Source: Utricularia gibba (Eukaryota; Plantae; Magnoliophyta). Taken from it: DNA of 64,000 bases. Where the stretch lies: contig CM007991.1 in assembly GCA_002189035.1 (NCBI GenBank), forward strand, positions 1,612,001-1,676,000. The letters are read 5' to 3'. The position numbers and the translations under genes are program-made. The notes under the pieces were generated by a model. The model saw only the letters and a list, made by a program, of their open reading frames with translations. It did not search any database and was not told the origin of the DNA. Positions 56,518 to 64,000 of the stretch are shown piece after piece (positions within the stretch are counted from its first letter, which is position 1; each line of letters begins with the position of its first letter).

Positions 56518-56716
56518 AAAGAACCCAGAACGAGAATCCACCTGGTCAGTAGTTTTTTCTTGCTCCCTTGACGACGAACACACTTTGTTGCAATTTCCAT
56601 TAGCCTTTTCACCCTCTGCATGATCGGTTAGCTAAGATTCTGGGATCTTGTTAGTTTTTAATCCCATTACTGCTGCTTGTTTCCACAGGATCAACTGAAG
56701 GTTCGAGTGTGTGCTA

Positions 56717-56734
56717 AGCAGCAGCAGCAGCAGC
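56717..56734. repeat. (AGC)6 microsatellite downstream of the AFB gene
   Basis: Read directly. Confidence 0.8.
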
Positions 56735-57543
56735 CGGCAGCAGGAGCTACTTGGAAAGTCTGTAACTTTCTCCACTGCAGTCATAGATTGATAGGGGAGC
56801 TTGTTCCGATTCGTCTTCCGGTAAAAGCCCGGTTGGTTTTCGTTTCGGGTTTGCTGTTGGGGTATTTGTATGTTTAGTCTGTCGACTGTTTCGTGTATGG
56901 GTTGTTGTTGTCGTTGTTGCACTCCATCTCCGTTGAAGCAGATGTCAGTTAAAGTTTGAATGGCGAACATGGAGGATGGCCTAAAGGGTGGGTTGAGTGG
57001 CGTTAAATGCAGGATGAAGTCTGGCAATGTACAAATTTTCTCTGCATTACTTCATTCTGCTGAATGCTGATTCTTCTCCTGCAACCTGCCACCATGCCAC
57101 ATTTTCATTCGAGACTCGGAGCTCTTCAAATGAAACGCATATTGCCAGAGCTGGCCTGCCTAAGAGTCCTGCTTCACCTGGGGAGTTTTGCCACAAATAT
57201 GCCAAGAACACATCATGCTCGCTCCCTCTGTAAGATCACATAATCCCAATCATCGTCCTAATCCCATCTCCCTGAAAGCTAAGGATGTTCTGTTTCTTCC
57301 AAATTGGAATGTGTGTTCTGGAGGGCTGATAGTGTGGCGTGGCTGCAAAGGAAATCAGCTTCAGAACACATCCTCCTAAGGTTCCAAAACCCTTAAACAA
57401 TTTCATCCAACTATGAATTCTTTTGGATCGAAAAGGATTTAAATCATATTCCACCATTCAAAGCAGAAGTAGTACTGCTTGGGAGTGGGATGCGGAGGAG
57501 GCTCCAGCCAGTTGCTAGTTGGTAGTTGGAAGTTGGAAGTTGG

Positions 57544-57566
57544 TCTTCTTCTTCTTCTTCTTCTTC
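57544..57566. repeat. (TCT)n microsatellite
   Basis: About 7.5 units read directly. Confidence 0.85.
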
Positions 57567-58735
57567 ATTACACGTGTCAGTCAACGAGGTGTCCGGATGG
57601 AATGAGTGGGATTATTTGTTGTTATTGTATTTACGAATTCGGAAACATATTCTTGGAATTGAATTGAATACGGGAATTATTGAATTATTTGCTGAGGATT
57701 TATGTGGCGTAGGTCATCTTCTTACATAATAGAGTATCATAATTCAATTAATCACCCAATTCCATAATGCCAGCACCAGCATCTACCTTATTGCCAGCCA
57801 ACCCTGCCCTATGACCGGTGCCTTTCACGCCACGTGTTCACCCCCGAAATCACCATTTTACCCCTTTATTTTCTTTTATTTTATTCATTTAATATTTAAG
57901 ATACATATTATATAAATATTTGTTTTCTTCGGCGCAACAGCCGAAGGTCATTTTCCAAATCCTGCTGCCATCACCGATGTGGTGTGATGGGCCTCCATGC
58001 TAATCTAATCTCCCATGTCGGCCATTTCACTCCTTTCACCTAAAAAAAGAAAAATAGTTTTACAAAATAAAATACAAATTCTATTTAATGAATAATTTAT
58101 AAAAGATGTAAGATGCAATTTTGTTACTTAAATCCTTTTATATGGTCAAGATGTATCGAAATTGATTTAAAAACAGTTTTGTTATCAAATACGAACAACT
58201 ATGTTCCGAAAATTTAAAACTACTTTTCATTTTTAAAAAATTATAAAATCTCAATTTCTAATTTTTCGAAAGCGTTTTTCTGAAACATAACGTGATGCTT
58301 ACATTGATTTATGTTTACCATAAGTAAAAAGAGGAAAAAGATGCTTTTTTTGGTTATAGAACTGGACTTTTATTCTAAATATTTTAAGATGATAAATAAA
58401 TTCATGTTCTTGGAAAAATTACTAAAAAAATGCCAAACCAAGGTATGTATGGCAGGTGGGTAGAATCTGGTGGTTAGATCTCCATCAGCCAATTTTCTTT
58501 CTTTTTTTTTTTTACCGTGTGGTTGAAAGGAAAAGGTTATGGGGGTATTTTAGTAAAATAGCATAGTCGTATAATTCTGTTAGCTTAGGACCCAGAAAGA
58601 AAGATAAGCGCGTGTACCCAGACGGATTGTGCGCATTCGGAGAGAAACGAGCGCCCGTGAATTCTGCTGAGAAAACTAGTTTCTTGGTCGCCGGAGGAAA
58701 ATGGCGGTTTCCCGGAGCTAGCCTGACTCCGAAAA

Positions 58736-60444
58736 ATGAGTGCAGATTCCGGGGCCGAAAAGCCGAGACTGAGGCAGGCGATAGTGGTGGCCTCCGCGTT
58801 GATATCAATTTCTCATTCAATCGGAGTCTTCACGTCGAAATGGCAGTCCATTAGATTGAAGCTCGACGATCTGTTTTCCCACTTATCAGCAATCGACAAC
58901 TGCGACCCAGTTGGAATTTTGTCGCTTTCTATAATTTTGGACGCCATTTTGGCTACCCTAAATCACTGCGAAGAGCTTGCGAATCTGTGTCTGGAGTCAT
59001 CCTACAGCGGGAAGCTTCTTATGCAAAGTGATCTTGATATTGTGTGTGTGAAACTGGATGCCCATATCAGGAATTTGTCTGATATTTATGCTACGGGATT
59101 ACTCAGGCAGAGTAACGCTTTAGTGGTTTCTAGGCCGAGTGTTACCGCTTCGAAAGATGATGTGGGATTCTATCTCAACGATTTGTTGACAAGGTTGAAA
59201 ATTGGGAGCGTTGAAATGAAGAAACAAGCCCTTTCTTCTTTCAACGAGGTCATTGAAGAGGACGTGAGGTATGTAAAGATTGCCCTGGAACTCGATGGAT
59301 TTGTCAATTTTGTTGTTAAATTTCTTGACTCAACGGAGGAGGGATACGAAGCGAAGCTGCTAAGGCGGCCTCCGTGATCGCGGGGCTGATTCCGGGTAAA
59401 AACGCGTTGCTTTGTGCCGGAATCATTGCTCCTTTAGTTAGAGTTATTGAGTCATCTGGGAGCAGTGATCAGAGCAAGCAATATGCAACAAGGTGTTTGA
59501 TGAAACTCACGGAGAATTCTGACAATGCGTGGGCGGTTTCTGCTCACGGTGGAGTCACTGCTCTGTTGAAGATTTGTGAGCATGGAAGCAAATACGGGAG
59601 TGAATTAGTTGCTTTAGCTTGTGGGGTGTTGAAAAACATCATTGGAATTGAAGAAATCAGGAGGTTTATGGTTGAAGAGGGGGCAATTTTCGATCTTCTC
59701 GAGCTTGCGAAGTGCAAAGATGAGGCTTCACAGGTATTTTCACTTGACCTGTTGCAAACTATGGCTTACTGTGACGAATCAGTGAGGAAGATAATCTTCA
59801 AGGAAGGCGGCATTCGGGTTCTGGTGAAAATACTGGATCCCAGATCATCCGTATCGATGAAAACGAGAGAAATCGCGTTGAGTGCGATAGCGAACGTCTT
59901 CATTTCAACGGAGAACTCCATTGATCAGCTGCTAAGCATCTCCTTCATGGATCACATCCTCTACTTCCTCAGACATGGTGAAGTTTCTGTCCAAGAACTT
60001 GCCTTGAAGGCTGCATTTTGGTTGTGCGGGATTTCAGAGGAAGCCAAGAAAGCCATGGGAGAAGCAGGGTTCTTGCCGGTTCTGGTCAAGTTCCTTGACT
60101 CAAAGTCATTCGAGATTTGCGAAATGGCTGCCGAGACACTATCCAACATGCTCATTCTATCCAAGAACCAGAAGAAATTCGTGCAGAACGAAGAGAACAT
60201 CAGCTCTCTGCTGCGGTTACTGGATCCTGAGGACAAGAACTCAACCAACAAAAAGATGCTACTTTCAATACTCAAGTCATTAATGAGCACCAACACCGCA
60301 AGGAGGAAAATCGCCAGTTCAGGTCACTTAAGGAACATAGAAATGCTCGCAGCATCTGAACACCCAGATGCTAAAAAGATAGTTAAAAAACTATCATCGT
60401 CCAACAGATTCCGCAGCATGATAAACAGATTCTTGAATTCTTGA
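58736..60444 (+). CDS. Armadillo-repeat protein (plant, N-terminal helical domain plus ARM repeats), intronless; apparent 1-nt deficit at 59341-59343
   Basis: Two overlapping ORFs (58736-59377 and 59374-60444) join into one: FTSKWQSIRLKL...YSGKLLMQSDLD...LLTRLKIGSVEMKKQAL...LMKLTENSDNAWAVSAHGGVTALLKIC...KKIVKKLSSSNRFRSMI. Confidence 0.85.
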
Positions 60445-62168
60445 ATCATCTATTCAATTTTTGTTATGTACATGTTCTTTAGTTTCTTCCTTCAAATTGT
60501 CAAGAGGGCAGGCATGCATCTCTCTTCCCTGCCCATTCCTCAATACCAGAGTGGCACTTACTGTAAATAGAATGCATCATCCATCATCTGATACAGAAGA
60601 GTTCAGCCAATAACCCAACTCCCAAAATCTACTGTAAACCTTGGGTTGTTAAGCAAAGAGTGACTTGAAAGGGAAGCAAAATGGGTAAGTTTTGAAGGGT
60701 GGAAACTGCACATGGAAGTGACAAGAAGGAGAGGAATTGCATGTGGGGAGGGGCTGCTCTGGTTGGGTTTTATCCCACAGGACTTGGGTGAGGATGAATG
60801 TGATGTGTTGCCTGTCTGCCTTTTAACTTTTGTTCATATTCGTTCTTTTGTTGCTTGTGACTTGTGTTATCTGTCTTGGCCTATAAAGTGAGTGGTCCAC
60901 AAGATATCTACCAAACACCTCATTGCATTTGTACATAAACATTTATTACATGAGCATTAAAGTGCATAATGAGTATTTTGACTTTAGGGCATATGTTGCC
61001 GAGCCTATTAATACAACATAGATGTATAAATTTTAATTCACTATTCATCTTGATAGTATTTTTGATGGTTAGTGTCTATGTGTACATTCTATTTCACATA
61101 TTAAATTAAAAAATTTACATAATGAATGATCAAATTTCTAATTCATTAGTTTATGAAAGGGGGATTTGGTAGAATGCTGATTTTCTCTAATCTACTAACT
61201 CATACCACAAAGACCAACATGCGCATGCTCTCCCAAATGATTAGAATGCAAAATGGGAACAGCATAAAGGCGCATTCAAGTAGAGCCCTGATTTGCTAAA
61301 TCTTGTTCTCTAATGTTGGGAATGAGGACAAACCAGGTTCACATGGAAAGCTATAGAGCTGAGCAGTTTGCATCCATGATAAAGAAATAACTCTATATCC
61401 CTCAAAACCATGTCCCAGTTCAAGGCTACGACAGGGGGTTGAAGCTGTGTTCAATAATTTATCACCTGTTGCAATGGGCATTCTCTGCTGGAGAAAGTAC
61501 AGCACCAGGAACTAGACAACAGAAACAACAAAGAAACGTCATCACACACAGGATAATAACAAATCAAGGGACTGGATTCATGTAACGTGCCTTAAAGCTG
61601 ATGAGACTTGTTCGGTTTCGAATCTTGATAGCACTGCTGTCTTGGTTTCCCGGGCTCATCTGCAGAAGCATGGCGTGTCAATTAGAAGTGAATGCCCGTA
61701 AATAAATCTATGCTTTTTAGCAACGTGTCCCAATCTCAGTATTAAGTGATTCCAACATCAGGATCGGCAATACTCATCACAATGTGTTTTGCATCAGTGT
61801 TATTAAGGATTAAAGGCAGCAGTTACAAAAACAAGCTCAATACTGAGGAAAAAATGGCAAAAAAAAGAGAGGATTTCGATCCTTACAAGGAAAGTAGAGC
61901 TACGTCGAAGGATGGAGCTCAATTCTAACCTTTATTGCGGAACCGGAGCTTGAAAAGCCCCCATTTAGACGTCGTCGGTGATCACCATACTCAGCAGCGC
62001 AATGGCTCAAAAAAAATGCATTTTTTGATAAAAAAAATACAGGGAATTATTGAATTTGTTTATAATACATCGTTCAATAATATTTTACTACATTTTTTTT
62101 TCTCATAAATCATGATATCTCAACGTAAGATGTCTAACAGTCGGACGGGAAGGGGAGAAATCACCATT

Positions 62169-62637
62169 TCAGAAATTGAATTCAGAATCGTCCCACTGAA
62201 GCACAGCGGATTCGATATTCTGCTCTCTTTTGAGTTTATCCTTGAGGAACCAGTCGCAGATTCTCCCTGCATTCAAATCCTCAATCGCGCATCCTTCTTG
62301 CTCGGAAATCACCCGCAGCAAATTCAACGACGATATCTGGATCCACGAGACACAATCAACAAAAGGCATTCACCATCTTCTAAATTTTCATCCAGTAATT
62401 TACCGTCAATCTGCATAAGAACCGCTCGTGGGTGCTCAACCCAGAGATTTCGACCAATCCTGCTTCCTCTAGCGTCAGAAAACTTCGCTCCTTCCGCTCC
62501 TCAGCACCGGAGGATGCAGCAGCGACGATTCTTGCGTTTCTGGAGACGCCGCGTTTACGTTCGCTGGAAGTGAAGAAGCGAGGTTTGAAGATGCGATTCA
62601 CTTGGTGGTTCACTGGAGGTACGAGGAGCGCGTTCAT
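62169..62637 (-). CDS. Small conserved, probably plastid-targeted protein of unknown function, 2 exons (62637-62404, 62336-62169)
   Basis: Transit-peptide-like N-terminus, then FLTLEEAGLVEISGLSTHERFLCRLT|ISSLNLLRVISEQEGCAIEDLNAGRICDWFLKDKLKREQNIESAVLQWDD; a 67-nt GT-AG intron joins the two ORFs in frame. Confidence 0.78.
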
Positions 62638-63754
62638 GGTTCACACGAGGCGGAAGGATCACCTTCGAATCGAGTGGCTACAAATCCGAAACAATTGGAC
62701 GTTCAGACGATGAGAATTGGGCCTTCTTTTTGGACCAAAATTGGACTCAGTCGCTGACTCTAATTTTTTGGGCCTTCAGAAGCCCCAGAATTTACTTACA
62801 TTTCAATTAATTTTTAGTTTTCAAATTTCAAATTTTATTTCGTTATAAACATATTTGATATATATTGTTTTTTAATCCAATTTCCAAAATTTTAATGGGT
62901 TAAATTTGGATTCTAAATATTCGTGTAAATCCAATCCGACCCGACCCGTAGATATCCCTAAAATTTAGGTTCTATACTTATGTTGATAGGCATATCCTTT
63001 ATTTTGGAAATATCCATTGAGGAAGAGTATTTTTTTTTTGGAAATAGCGGTTGGAATATTTACTTTATTTTATTTTATTTTCCGTTTAATTTGGGGGTCG
63101 GTAGTCGCATACGTGGCCTTTCACGCGCCAAAATTCCAACCATATGTAGTTGTCCGTCTTAGGGCATCAAGACCTAACTTTTCTTTTCTGTCAAGCTTTT
63201 ACCTTCTCAGGATTTCGCCGTCTTCGTTGCCTCAAGAAATTCCGGATTTCTCGGTATCGCTCCAGCGAATCATCTGTTTGATTTCTCAACGATTTGTAGG
63301 TTTCCTTGTTCCGGCGGTGCGGGGTTTCTTCTTCGGTAGTAGCAGTCATTCCGTGGGGGAAAACGCGATACTTTGTTAATTGGAATAGAAATTGGAGTTT
63401 TTCGGATGTTTGCAGCCCGTTCCGTTTCATTTATATTTTGAAGATGCCCCTTGGTTGCTCAGTATCGCGGCTTTTGTTTATTGCGTTTATTGAATCTCAA
63501 TCTTCGACATGCCGGGGTAGGTGGAAAGATTCGTCTTCGTTTTTGCACTTCATTCTCGAATTGGTTTCTTTTGTTATGCTTTGTAATGTATATATCCTTA
63601 CATGACGTTTATCACAATGTGGAATTGGGGAATTGATTCTGAACATGCTGCGTTTGCACTGAGGATTGAATTAGTTTGTATAAAGACTTTCATTAAGGCT
63701 TATACGTCTGTTCTCTTTGTCATATTGATGAGGAACTGGTTTTCTTGTTTGTTT

Positions 63755-64000
63755 ATGATGTTGCTGTCTTCGTGTAGGCTGTTGAAGGTTGGAAATTTCA
63801 GGAGAACATCAAAGTATTTATTGAATCGGACAGTGAGGTCCACATCACAAGGATCACAGTATGGATACACAGGAAGTGAGAGTTTATGCCCACCGGCATA
63901 TAAGTTTTTCTCCAGATACTTGCATGGCATTCCGCATTCATCTAATGCACCGCGTCAGTTGGGAAAGATTTCCTATACCATCATTCCTGCAGCTATTGTG
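63755..64000 (+). CDS. 5' end of a probable organelle-targeted protein, running off the window
   Basis: ATG at 63755 opens 82 uninterrupted codons to the window end (MMLLSSCRLLKVGNFRRTSKYLLNRTVRSTSQ...), R/S/L-rich with a single acidic residue. It is preceded by a pyrimidine-rich leader and an intron-like region from about 63150. No domain is visible. Confidence 0.45.
   Translation, partial: MMLLSSCRLLKVGNFRRTSKYLLNRTVRSTSQGSQYGYTGSESLCPPAYKFFSRYLHGIPHSSNAPRQLGKISYTIIPAAIV

Noticed and set aside
56700-56712. GGTTCGAGT, similar to a tRNA B-box
   Set aside because: No cloverleaf, A-box or acceptor stem around it.
57215-57233. ATGCTCGCTCCCTCTGTAA, resembling a miR156 target or mimic
   Set aside because: Three mismatches, one bulge and one wobble; it fits neither target nor mimic rules, and there is no precursor arm.
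61296-62010. Minus-strand splice-like signals (donor 61929, acceptor 61660) suggesting a small gene
   Set aside because: No frame gives an ATG-initiated product with recognisable homology; unsupported without transcript data.

Overview
Plant (eudicot) nuclear DNA, very gene-dense: about 20 protein-coding genes in 64 kb, with many introns of only about 65-110 nt. In order: partial CC-type glutaredoxin (+), E6-like protein (+), PRC1 RING1 (-), VQ protein (-), Raf36-like kinase (-), PHO2/UBC24 with miR399 sites in its leader (+), NRPB2 (+), truncated HIPP-like HMA protein (-), two small uncharacterised proteins, BPC6 (-), DUF1218 (+), WAPL (-), CPL1 (+), FBS1/SKIP27-like F-box (+), NDB-type NADH dehydrogenase (+), AFB6-clade auxin receptor (+), ARM-repeat protein (+), a small plastid-targeted protein (-) and an ORF running off the right edge. 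NRPB2 has 18 introns and one 1212-nt fused exon, the RPB2-d structure known from lamiid asterids. I found no rRNA, tRNA, CRISPR or intact transposon. Main observations: (1) six conserved genes each need one extra base in a short homopolymer to be in frame, most likely long-read consensus errors; (2) PHO2 has only two intact miR399 sites plus apparent vestiges; (3) the miR393 site of the AFB6-like gene is disrupted at amino-acid-neutral positions; (4) an unexplained hairpin and a candidate spliced micro-ORF head-to-head with PHO2. I see no convincing evidence of a wholly new biological system. All gene names come from recognising motifs by eye; no database search was run.
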